From positions 21,820-59,800 of the forward strand of contig CAZJEJ010000001.1 in the NCBI GenBank assembly GCA_964544945.1: a DNA stretch of 37,981 bases, in the 5' to 3' direction. A model generated the notes under the pieces. It saw only the letters and a program-made list of their open reading frames with translations, had not been told where the DNA came from and did not search any database. The position numbers and the translations under genes were made by a program. Each line of letters opens with the position of its first letter. Positions within the stretch are counted from its first letter, which is position 1. Shown piece after piece: positions 9,341 to 18,759 of the stretch. Source of the stretch: an uncultured Gammaproteobacteria bacterium (lineage in GTDB: Bacteria > Pseudomonadota > Gammaproteobacteria > GCA-001735895).

Positions 9341-9628
9341 TCATTCTATGACCCTGGGTACACGGTATAGGCCATTCTTCACATCGGGAGCGATAGATTG
9401 GAATTTTTCGCGTTGGTCGTGCTCGGTAACCTCATCGAGACGCAGCCGTTGAGTTGCTTCCATCGGGTGTGCCAGGGGTACGATGCCAGAGGCATCGACC
9501 TGATTCATCTGTTCGACCAGATTGAGAATATTAGACAGCTCGGTAGCGTATTGATCGACATCGGCGTCGTCGATTTGCAGACGCGCGAGGTGAGCAATTT
9601 TTCGTACGTCTTCTATTTTCAGGCTCAT
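9341..9628 (-). CDS. gatC: Glu-tRNA(Gln) amidotransferase subunit C
   Basis: 95 aa. The N-terminus (VRKIAHLARLQIDD) is typical of GatC. Sits 9 nt upstream of gatA. Confidence 0.93.
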   Translation of the reverse strand: MSLKIEDVRKIAHLARLQIDDADVDQYATELSNILNLVEQMNQVDASGIVPLAHPMEATQRLRLDEVTEHDQREKFQSIAPDVKNGLYRVPRVIE

Positions 9629-9836
9629 TATCGGATTTTATTAATTTGGCGGATAAAAAGCAGGCAAAGTTACCATAATTCGGTCGCTAGTATAAGCAAA
9701 AGACCCGTATTTTGGGACTTTCTTCCTTGCCCAATTGATTGCCCATTGCTAGAGTACGACCCAATTGAGCCATAATTGCCCATCAGCAGAGGTATCGGTG
9801 CTTTTGCGCAAGCCACAACACACTAATTCGGGTTAA

Positions 9837-10892
<1,056 letters not shown>

Positions 10893-10993
10893 TTCTTTGA
10901 GCACTGTCGATTAATCAGCGATGCTGTTAATGATATTAACCAAAGGTGATTGTGGATGGGGAAACTAAATAAATTTGACCCCATTTTTCGCAA

Positions 10994-11815
10994 ATGAGGC
11001 AACGACTTTTCGAGACGCGTAGTGCAACGATACATTTATTGTTGCTAGTAAGCATCAGTGTTGCCCTGATGGTTGTCGACCATCGGCAAAACTATTTCGA
11101 GGCTTTCCGTTCCCAGCTTTCGCTGGCCCTGTCCCCGTTACGATATCTGGTCAGCCTGCCTGGCCTTACCGGGAATTGGGTGAGCGACTGGTATATATCA
11201 CACACCGATTTACTGATCGAAAATGCAACCCTACAGGCCGAAGGACGAATACTTAACGCGCGACTGCAAAAAATGCAGGTATTACAGGCTGAAAATACAC
11301 GCTTGCGGAAGCTTCTCGGAGCATCGAGAAATCTGGCTGACGAAGTCATTGTTGCTGAGTTGCTTTCGGTCGATCAAAACCCGTACCGCCAGCTAATAGA
11401 GATCAATAAGGGAAGTAACGATGGCGTGCAAATTGGCTTTGCGGTAATCGATGACTTCGGTGTCATGGGACAGGTGATCTACGTCAATCAGCAGTCGTCC
11501 ACAACGATCCTGATATCGGACCCGGAGCACGCGACTCCAGTACAATTTATTCGAAGTGGTACCCGAAGTGTAGCATTCGGAAATGGGAGCACCGACCAGT
11601 TGGAATTGCGTTTTTTACCGGCCACAGCGGACATCATGGTAGGCGATGAACTCGTTACTTCAGGGCTTGGCGGCCGCTTTCCAGCGAACTATCCAGTCGC
11701 TACGGTTACCGAGATTAGGCAGGACTTGACCTATGGTTTTGTTTCGATTACAGCCAAACCCAGGGCTCGTCTCGACAGCAGTCGAGAAGTACTAATTATT
11801 AAACCGGCCAGTTAG
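10994..11815 (+). CDS. mreC: Rod shape-determining protein MreC
   Basis: N-terminal TM segment, a coiled-coil stretch (NARLQKMQVLQAENTRLRKLL) and a beta-rich C-terminal domain. Position between mreB and mreD. Confidence 0.9.
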   Translation: MRQRLFETRSATIHLLLLVSISVALMVVDHRQNYFEAFRSQLSLALSPLRYLVSLPGLTGNWVSDWYISHTDLLIENATLQAEGRILNARLQKMQVLQAENTRLRKLLGASRNLADEVIVAELLSVDQNPYRQLIEINKGSNDGVQIGFAVIDDFGVMGQVIYVNQQSSTTILISDPEHATPVQFIRSGTRSVAFGNGSTDQLELRFLPATADIMVGDELVTSGLGGRFPANYPVATVTEIRQDLTYGFVSITAKPRARLDSSREVLIIKPAS

Positions 11816-11828
11816 CCCGTCTACAATC

Positions 11829-12308
11829 ATGCCCAAGTTACGACACTTCGTTATTATCCTGAGCCTGATAATCGGCTTAATTTTGATGATCATGCCCCTG
11901 CCCGACTGGGTACAGTTATATCGTCCAAACTGGGTTGCGCTGATATTAATTTACTGGAGTATGGCTTTGCCGAATCAAGTCGGGCTCTGGACTGCTTTTA
12001 TTACCGGGTTATTCGTGGACGTAGCGCAAGGCACCTTGCTTGGGCAGCATGCCCTGGCCCTGGTTATAATCGTTTATATCAATATAAATTTTTACCAGCG
12101 CGTCCGCGTGGTGCCCTTACCGCAACAGGCTGCCTATGTGTTTGTACTGCTCGCTATCGGCCAGATGATCGTGGCTTGGGTCGAGGGAATTGTGGGTAGG
12201 CCGGTACCGATACTGGTTTTTTTTAGTGCGCCTTTTATCGGTATGCTGATCTGGCCCTGGGTGTTTGTAATATTAAGGGATATTCGGCGCAAATTCATTT
12301 TGAACTAG
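11829..12308 (+). CDS. mreD: Rod shape-determining protein MreD
   Basis: 159-aa polytopic membrane protein immediately after mreC. Confidence 0.85.
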   Translation: MPKLRHFVIILSLIIGLILMIMPLPDWVQLYRPNWVALILIYWSMALPNQVGLWTAFITGLFVDVAQGTLLGQHALALVIIVYININFYQRVRVVPLPQQAAYVFVLLAIGQMIVAWVEGIVGRPVPILVFFSAPFIGMLIWPWVFVILRDIRRKFILN

Positions 12309-12436
12309 CCCACACAATATACGAACGTGGCGGTTACTTTCGTCTTCAGACAATGATAGTAGAGGATTAGGTATTAATATCATATTTCCATCTCGTGCAG
12401 TGCTTACCTGTCCTTCACTCAATATGCGAGCCAACC

Positions 12437-13585
12437 ATGCCTTATCTCTACATCGATAACGATCAGCAGCTGGTCGACTTCTGCCACGATATTGAGGCGG
12501 CTGAATACTGCGCCGTCGATACCGAGTTTGTGCGCGAAAAAACTTACTATCCTGTCCTCGCGCTGATTCAAATTGCCAGTGAACGGCAGATGGCTTGTAT
12601 CGACCCACTAGCGATTAATGATTTCACCCCCCTGATCGACTTGATGGGGCGCAAAGATTTGACCAAGGTGTTCCATTCTCCAAGCCAGGATCTTGAGATA
12701 TTGTTTCAACACTTTAGCCAGGTACCGGGGCCTGTTTTTGATACACAACTGGCCGCCGCAGTACTCGGCTACAACCATCAGATCGGTTACGCCGCTCTGG
12801 TGTATCAGATTACCGGGGTCAAGCTAGATAAAAAATATACGCGGGCCGACTGGCTCAAGCGCCCGTTGTCTAATGAAGAGCTAGATTATGCGATGGACGA
12901 TGTGCGCTATCTCTTACCGCTTTACCAGCGGTTGAAAGCCGATTTAGATGAAAAGAGGCGTAATGCATGGATCGAGAAAGACCTGCAGGCGATGTCCGCT
13001 GTTTCAAGCTATCAAGGTAATGCGGCAGATTTGTGGAAACGTCTGAAAGGTGTGCAGAAACTGAAAGGCGTGCAGTTGCAAATCGTGAGTAAGCTATGCC
13101 AGTGGCGCGAAGCTGTTGCACAGCAAAAGGACCGCCCCAGGCGCTGGATAGCAAAAGATGACCTGTTAATCGAGATAGCCCGCCTGAAACCAGCCTCGTT
13201 CGAGGAACTATCTTCCTTCCGTGAACTGAACGAAAAATTTATTGCACAACATGGCCAGTCAATTTTGACGATTATCCGGGATGCTCAAAACCAGACTCCA
13301 TCCGAATGGCCGCATCCCGACACGGTAAACGCACCGTCAAGCCACCAGCAGGCAATAGGTGACTGTATGATGGCATTGTGTAGAGTGATAGCAGAAGATA
13401 ATCAAATCGCCCTGGCAACATTGGCTACACGCAAGGACATAGACAATCTGATTATCAATCGTAAAAACAGTCGGCTTTCACAGGGATGGCGCTTTGCACT
13501 CGCCGGCGAGCGATTGCTGGAATTTATTCATGGTCAGTCGGTGCTGGGTGTTCACGATGACCAGATAGTAATTAACCCACGATGA
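12437..13585 (+). CDS. rnd: Ribonuclease D
   Basis: DEDDy exonuclease motifs (AVDTEFVREKTYYP, HSPSQDLE, YAMDDVRYL) followed by HRDC-like regions. I chose the ATG at 12437 (MPYLYIDNDQQL) by homology, rather than the upstream GTG at 12395. Confidence 0.88.
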   Translation: MPYLYIDNDQQLVDFCHDIEAAEYCAVDTEFVREKTYYPVLALIQIASERQMACIDPLAINDFTPLIDLMGRKDLTKVFHSPSQDLEILFQHFSQVPGPVFDTQLAAAVLGYNHQIGYAALVYQITGVKLDKKYTRADWLKRPLSNEELDYAMDDVRYLLPLYQRLKADLDEKRRNAWIEKDLQAMSAVSSYQGNAADLWKRLKGVQKLKGVQLQIVSKLCQWREAVAQQKDRPRRWIAKDDLLIEIARLKPASFEELSSFRELNEKFIAQHGQSILTIIRDAQNQTPSEWPHPDTVNAPSSHQQAIGDCMMALCRVIAEDNQIALATLATRKDIDNLIINRKNSRLSQGWRFALAGERLLEFIHGQSVLGVHDDQIVINPR

Positions 13586-13597
13586 GACGCTGAAATA

Positions 13598-13831
13598 ATG
13601 AATCCCGATAAAATCGAACAATTAATCCAGCAAGGCATGCCTTCTGCCTCGGTCGAAGTGTCGGGCGGTGATGGCAAATATGTGGTTCAGGTTGTCAGTG
13701 ATGCGTTTGCAGGACAATCACCGATCAAGCGACATAAAATGGTATACGCCTGCGTCGATGACGAAATTGCCTCCGGAGCACTGCACGCGCTTACCATTAT
13801 TGCTAAAACCCCGGATGAACTGAAAGGTTAA
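13598..13831 (+). CDS. ibaG: BolA family protein, IbaG/YrbA-like
   Basis: 77 aa. VEVSGGDGKYVVQVVSDAF..IKRHKMVY..HALTIIAKTPDE matches the IbaG/BolA pattern. Confidence 0.8.
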   Translation: MNPDKIEQLIQQGMPSASVEVSGGDGKYVVQVVSDAFAGQSPIKRHKMVYACVDDEIASGALHALTIIAKTPDELKG

Positions 13832-13913
13832 CCCGGGTATAGCATGGGGACGGTTATTGCCAGGGAGGGCAAGTGCGCAGGTTTTGCAGGCTCGACAGCG
13901 CGCCATGTGCGGG

Positions 13914-15236
13914 CTAGACAGGCAGTAATTTCGCGTAACAGTCGTATTCATCGCTGCCGGTAACCCTGACCTGGTAAAACTCTCCTGTGACCAGCGCCTG
14001 ATCGGTCTCTATATAAATGACACCGTCAATCTCGGGTGCCTCGGCGTAGGAACGCGCGGTATAGCCAGTGGTTTGGGCTTGCTCCACCACTACTTGCAGA
14101 TATTGACCAACCCGCTGCTGTAACTTTTGCCTGCTGATTTTCTGTTGGTGGCGCATGAACAGGTCGTAGCGGTGGTGTTTGATCGCGTCGGGAATTTGAT
14201 TCGGCAATCGATTCGCAAGCGCGCCTTCGACCGGGGAATAAATGAAGCAACCGACACGGTCGAGTTGCGCAGCATCGAGGAAATCAAGTAATTGTTGAAA
14301 ATCATCGTCGGTTTCGCCTGGGAACCCGACGATGAAGGTGCTGCGTATCACGAGGTTTGGGCAGTCCCCTCGCCAGGCCTGGATTCTTTCCAGTGTCCGC
14401 TCGCGATTTCCTGGTCTTTTCATCGACTTTAAAATTCGTTTGCTGGCGTGCTGAAAGGGAATGTCCAGATAAGGCAGTATCAAGCCATCGGCCATTAGAG
14501 GAATAACATCGTCGACATGCGGATAAGGGTAAACATAGTGTAAACGCACCCAGACACCGAGGCTTCCTAGTGCCTGGGCGAGGTCGAGAAAACGGGTTTT
14601 TAAGGGCTGCCCCTGCCAGAAGCAAGTTTTATATTTGAGGTCAACGCCATAAGCGCTGGTATCCTGGGAAATCACCAGAATTTCCTTTACCCCACCTGCT
14701 ACCAGATTTTCTGCTTCCTGCATGATCTGGTCTATAGGGCGGCTGACGAGATTCCCGCGAAACGAGGGGATAATGCAAAAACTACAGCGATGATTACAAC
14801 CTTCTGAAATTTTCAGATAGGCGTAGTGCCGAGGTGTCAGCTTGATTCCCTGTTTCGGAACAAGGTCGAAAAACGGATCGTGTGGCGCGGGTAGATGCTG
14901 ATGAACGGCCTGCATTACCTCGTCTTTCGCGTGCGGACCGGTAACCGCGAGTAAATCCGGAAAGCGGTCGTTAATCAAGTCTGATTTGGCGCCCAGACAG
15001 CCTGTGACGATCACCCTGCCGTTTTCGTTCAGGGCGTCGTTGATGGTTTCGAGCGACTCCTGAACTGCCGAGTCGATAAAACCGCAGGTGTTAATAATCA
15101 CCATATCGGCTTCATCAAAGCCCGGAACCATGTCGTACCCTTCGGCCCTGAGTTGGGTGATGATCTGCTCTGAATCAACCGTTGCTTTCGGGCAACCCAG
15201 ACTGACGAAACCAATTTTGTGCGGCGTTTTTGCCAT
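13914..15236 (-). CDS. rimO: Ribosomal protein S12 methylthiotransferase RimO
   Basis: N-terminal MTTase domain ([15 protein letters not shown]), radical-SAM CNHRCSFC motif and a C-terminal TRAM domain. 440 aa. Confidence 0.93.
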   Translation of the reverse strand: MAKTPHKIGFVSLGCPKATVDSEQIITQLRAEGYDMVPGFDEADMVIINTCGFIDSAVQESLETINDALNENGRVIVTGCLGAKSDLINDRFPDLLAVTGPHAKDEVMQAVHQHLPAPHDPFFDLVPKQGIKLTPRHYAYLKISEGCNHRCSFCIIPSFRGNLVSRPIDQIMQEAENLVAGGVKEILVISQDTSAYGVDLKYKTCFWQGQPLKTRFLDLAQALGSLGVWVRLHYVYPYPHVDDVIPLMADGLILPYLDIPFQHASKRILKSMKRPGNRERTLERIQAWRGDCPNLVIRSTFIVGFPGETDDDFQQLLDFLDAAQLDRVGCFIYSPVEGALANRLPNQIPDAIKHHRYDLFMRHQQKISRQKLQQRVGQYLQVVVEQAQTTGYTARSYAEAPEIDGVIYIETDQALVTGEFYQVRVTGSDEYDCYAKLLPV

Positions 15237-15243
15237 GACTGGA

Positions 15244-15795
15244 CTATTTTACGAATAATGCGGGAAGAAAAAACTCACTCACCAAAAGGGGTTTTTGATC
15301 AATCTTGAACAACGATCGTCTACCCCAAATTTGTTGACCGCACGGGGTGCTGCCAGACAATGCTATTTTGAACAGGGGATCTTTTGGAGACACACTGGCA
15401 AGATGCTGTTTTTCCCTGCGCAGGCCTGGGTTTGCAAACAGATACCCGCCCAACGGCCGATTGCCCAAATAGCGTAGTCTCTGGTGTTTTCCTTTCAGTG
15501 TTTTAAGCGGAATAAGCGAGCGCGCATATACGCAGACCCTGTCTCCACAGAGCAGCTGTACCTGGCGAAGCAGGACTTTTTGCCGAGGTGGAATTTGTAA
15601 CAGCCTGGATTCTTCAATTTCTGCCCTGTCCCAATACTGGCTTAAAACGCGAACCGAAAACTTGCCAGGGCAAAAAGCCATCATTCGCCTGGTTAGCGAA
15701 CCCTGATCATCCAACCACGAGCGCACCTCAGGATCGAGTGTTCTAGCAGACAAAGCGGCAGGACTGAACCAGTGGGAGGCAAGTGGGTGTTTCAA
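15244..15795 (-). CDS. ubiC: Chorismate pyruvate-lyase
   Basis: 183 aa with UbiC-like features ([17 protein letters not shown]-type segment LLRQVQL, and a C-terminal SEFFLP-type motif). Confidence 0.78.
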   Translation of the reverse strand: MKHPLASHWFSPAALSARTLDPEVRSWLDDQGSLTRRMMAFCPGKFSVRVLSQYWDRAEIEESRLLQIPPRQKVLLRQVQLLCGDRVCVYARSLIPLKTLKGKHQRLRYLGNRPLGGYLFANPGLRREKQHLASVSPKDPLFKIALSGSTPCGQQIWGRRSLFKIDQKPLLVSEFFLPALFVK

Positions 15796-15928
15796 GGAAA
15801 TCGTATCGGCAAAAAATTTGACCGCATTATCCTTGAATTCATGATCCGGTGCAAAATGAACCGCTTGTCGCTGGAGGAATTAGGTCAGACATGATTTAAT
15901 TGAATATATAGAGAGGGAAGAAAAACTC

Positions 15929-16657
15929 ATGAAAACAAATCGACCAACATTATTTCTTTTTTGTGCCCTTATTGGGTTGTCTTTTTCGGGCCGGGCTGAA
16001 ATTCAGGACCAGGGACTGAATTCCATTTTGGTGATCATGGACAAGGCGATCGGTGAAACGTCCAGCGACCCCGAAGGCGCAGACGATCAAGCAGCTATCA
16101 CTGCTGCGCGTGAAACAGCAAGCGCGGCGGTGGTGAGACTGGCCAGGACTCTCGGAACTCTAAGCTATTCGAGATTGCAGTGTGAAGACGCCAGCGTATT
16201 GAGCGAGTTTACTCGGCGCCTGCAGCAGATGCCGGAAGAAAGTCGCGATGCGATGCGCGATGCGTTTCAGGAGGGTTTTAACAAAAGTGAAAGTGAAGCG
16301 AAGTTACTATCCGACGACGAATGTAAACGCCTGACCCAGTCACGAATTCGCACTGAAAAGGTAGAAGAGTCGAATGTGAAACAGGAATTGAAGCCAGTTG
16401 AGGCTGCCAAACAGGAAGTAGTTGAAGAAAAACCAGACGAAACCCCTAAACTAAGGTTTCTCCGTATCGCCGAGATAAGCGGCCAACTCGCATTCAAAAC
16501 CGAAATATGCCAGAGCAAAAAGGTTTTTACGCGAGACTATAATGAATTCATTGAAGGCGTACCCGAAGAGTACCAGGAAGATGTTAAAAACGCCTACTGG
16601 AAGGGCTATAAGCACGGTAAACGCCTAAATAAGAATTTAACCCAGGAACAGTGTTAA
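15929..16657 (+). CDS. Secreted hypothetical protein with two tandem Cys-pair domains
   Basis: Good SD (GAGGGAAG) upstream and an N-terminal signal peptide (MKTNRPTLFLFCALIGLSFSGRA). The internal duplication is described in the findings. Confidence 0.65.
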   Translation: MKTNRPTLFLFCALIGLSFSGRAEIQDQGLNSILVIMDKAIGETSSDPEGADDQAAITAARETASAAVVRLARTLGTLSYSRLQCEDASVLSEFTRRLQQMPEESRDAMRDAFQEGFNKSESEAKLLSDDECKRLTQSRIRTEKVEESNVKQELKPVEAAKQEVVEEKPDETPKLRFLRIAEISGQLAFKTEICQSKKVFTRDYNEFIEGVPEEYQEDVKNAYWKGYKHGKRLNKNLTQEQC

Positions 16658-16685
16658 GCAGACATTTGCCCCAAAAACGAAAAGC

Positions 16686-17474
16686 TCATTGCAGTCGACC
16701 CAGGTATTTCTTGATCGCGTGCGCCGCTGCGGTAAAGCCAAAACACGCGGTAACACCAACAAAGGACCCAATGCCAGTCGCGCAGTCGAGCGTGGTTCGC
16801 TCATTATGGGCCATTTTGGCAAACCCAACTCCGCCATTGGGAGTCGGATAGACCGCCTGTTCGGTTGAGAAAACGCAATCGATGGCGAACCGGCGTTTGG
16901 GATTACGACTGTACCCGAATTGATGACGTAGCCTTGAGCGCATTTTTGCCAGTAGCGGGTCGTTGTAGGTCCGGGTTAAATCCGCGATTTCAATTTTGGT
17001 CGGATCGCTAAGTCCACCGGCACCTCCGGTGGAAACGAAGCGAATTTTGTTGCGTCGACAATGATGTACCAGCGAAGCCTTATGATGAACATGGTCGATG
17101 GCGTCGATAACATAGTCGTACCGGGAAAAATTAAACTTCTCCAGGCTGGCACGCGTCACCAGATCGTCTATCGCCAGGCAGGCGCAGTCCGGGTTGATCT
17201 GTAGAATTCGCTTCCTCAGCACTTCGACCTTGCTGTCACCCAGAGTGTCGACCAGGGTATGAATTTGGCGGTTGGTATTACCGATATCGATATCGTCGTG
17301 ATCGATCAGGGTGATTTTACCGATGCCTGAACGCGCCGCGGCCTCGGCCGTCCAGGAGCCAACGCCACCGACGCCGACGATGCAAAAATGCGCGTGCCGC
17401 AACTGGTCGAGCGCAGCCAGTCCGAATACACGCGTGAGTCCTTCAAATCGATTGTGATAGTCTTCGCCTGGCAT
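16686..17474 (-). CDS. tcdA: tRNA threonylcarbamoyladenosine dehydratase (ThiF/E1-like)
   Basis: VGVGGVGSW Rossmann motif, NTNRQIH, TGGAGG, and CVFSTE..DC..G segments, collinear with E. coli TcdA/CsdL as I recall it. Confidence 0.88.
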   Translation of the reverse strand: MPGEDYHNRFEGLTRVFGLAALDQLRHAHFCIVGVGGVGSWTAEAAARSGIGKITLIDHDDIDIGNTNRQIHTLVDTLGDSKVEVLRKRILQINPDCACLAIDDLVTRASLEKFNFSRYDYVIDAIDHVHHKASLVHHCRRNKIRFVSTGGAGGLSDPTKIEIADLTRTYNDPLLAKMRSRLRHQFGYSRNPKRRFAIDCVFSTEQAVYPTPNGGVGFAKMAHNERTTLDCATGIGSFVGVTACFGFTAAAHAIKKYLGRLQ

Positions 17475-17533
17475 GGGGGATAGAAAATATTTTTAACCTG
17501 GCTAGTGTATTGGGCTACACTCGAACTGTCACT

Positions 17534-17560
17534 CCAATATCCAATATCCAATATCCAATC
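17534..17560. repeat. Heptanucleotide tandem repeat: (CCAATAT)x3 plus a partial CCAATC
   Basis: Read directly: ccaatat ccaatat ccaatat ccaatc. It ends 19 nt upstream of the gmk ATG, in the tcdA/gmk divergent intergenic region. Confidence 0.9.
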
Positions 17561-17578
17561 TACTATTCAGGACTACGA

Positions 17579-18205
17579 ATGAACTCTGCCTGCCTTTTTA
17601 CTATTTCGGCACCCTCCGGCGCCGGTAAAACCAGTCTCGTAAGAGCCTTACTGGATAAAAAGTCGGATTTGCTGGCCGTCAGTGTTTCGCATGCGACCAG
17701 GAGCATACGCCCCGGAGAAACCGATGGTGTCGATTATCATTTTGTGAGCCTCGACACCTTCGAGCAAATGACGGATAACGGCGATTTTCTAGAACATGCC
17801 CGGGTATTCGATAACCACTATGGGACTGCACGGTCATCGGTGGAAGCTTTGCTTGGTAGCGGTAAGCACGTAATCCTGGAAATTGACTGGCAGGGGGCGC
17901 GGCAAGTAAAGAAAAAGATGCCCGACACGGTTTGCATAACTATTTTACCGCCGTCAAGAGCAGTGCTGGAACAGCGTCTGACCGACAGGGCTACGGATGA
18001 CAGGCAGACTATCGAGCGACGTATGCTCGCTGCCGATCGTGAAATGTCGCACTATAACGATGCCGAGTACCTGGTAATCAATAAAGAGTTCGAACAGGCA
18101 TTGTATGACCTGGAGTGCATTATCCACGCGCAGGGTCTGATTCGAGATCGTCAAATATCGAAATATCAGACATTAATCGACTCAATTCCTGAAGAAATGG
18201 ATTAA
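17579..18205 (+). CDS. gmk: Guanylate kinase
   Basis: P-loop SAPSGAGKTSL and TTR-equivalent SHATRSIRPGE..DYHF. ATG at 17579 is preceded by AGGA. The upstream ORF extension runs through the repeat and is not credible. Confidence 0.93.
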   Translation: MNSACLFTISAPSGAGKTSLVRALLDKKSDLLAVSVSHATRSIRPGETDGVDYHFVSLDTFEQMTDNGDFLEHARVFDNHYGTARSSVEALLGSGKHVILEIDWQGARQVKKKMPDTVCITILPPSRAVLEQRLTDRATDDRQTIERRMLAADREMSHYNDAEYLVINKEFEQALYDLECIIHAQGLIRDRQISKYQTLIDSIPEEMD

Positions 18206-18301
18206 AAAGAGTCGAAATTTTCAGAGAATCCTTTCGATTTGCCCACGTTTTAGCTATTATGGCGCCCCTTTTTGACCCGCCCACCGCCCAGGAGCAGATG
18301 T

Positions 18302-18592
18302 ATGGCACGTATAACCGTTGAAGATTGTCTCGAACACGTCGATAACCGATTCGATCTGGTTTTGCTGGCCGCACGTCGGGCAAGACAAATTGCCCAGGGT
18401 GCCGACCCGCTGGTGCCAGAAGAAAATGATAAGCCCACGGTCATCGCTTTGCGTGAAATTGCCGAAAATCTAATTTCTGATGCCGGTATGGATGAAATGG
18501 AAGCGAAGCACGAGCTGGAAAAAATTTCCACCGAAGATGACCTGATCCGCCAAATCGCACAAGCGAGCCTGGCAGCGGAACGACCCGAGTAG
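18302..18592 (+). CDS. rpoZ: DNA-directed RNA polymerase subunit omega
   Basis: [30 protein letters not shown] is the canonical RpoZ N-terminus. Confidence 0.93.
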   Translation: MARITVEDCLEHVDNRFDLVLLAARRARQIAQGADPLVPEENDKPTVIALREIAENLISDAGMDEMEAKHELEKISTEDDLIRQIAQASLAAERPE

Positions 18593-18646
18593 TCCAACGC
18601 GCATTTAATCGCACCACCGCTCGATCCCCAAATTAACCAGACGGAT

Positions 18647-18666
18647 ACCGGCCTTAACCGGTTTTT
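18647..18666 (+). terminator. Weak hairpin plus T-run between rpoZ and spoT (possible attenuator)
   Basis: ACCGG-ccttaa-CCGGT followed by TTTT. The stem is only 5 bp. Confidence 0.2.
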
Positions 18667-18759
18667 CTGGCCCTAACCAATATTAGCCAGATATGATATA
18701 ACAGTACGATAGGTAATATGTCGTTTATCAATCTGACCCTGGGGGGTTAGCAATTCATC

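Noticed and set aside
12395-12436. Upstream in-frame extensions given in the ORF track for rnd (12395), gmk (17510), rpoZ (18272), ridA (20980), uvrD (25396) and the HIBADH-like gene (27656).
   Set aside because: The extensions add residues absent from the canonical N-termini of these families. The internal ATGs align with the family N-termini, and for gmk, ridA and the HIBADH-like gene they are preceded by a visible SD (AGGA, GAGGA, AAGGAA).
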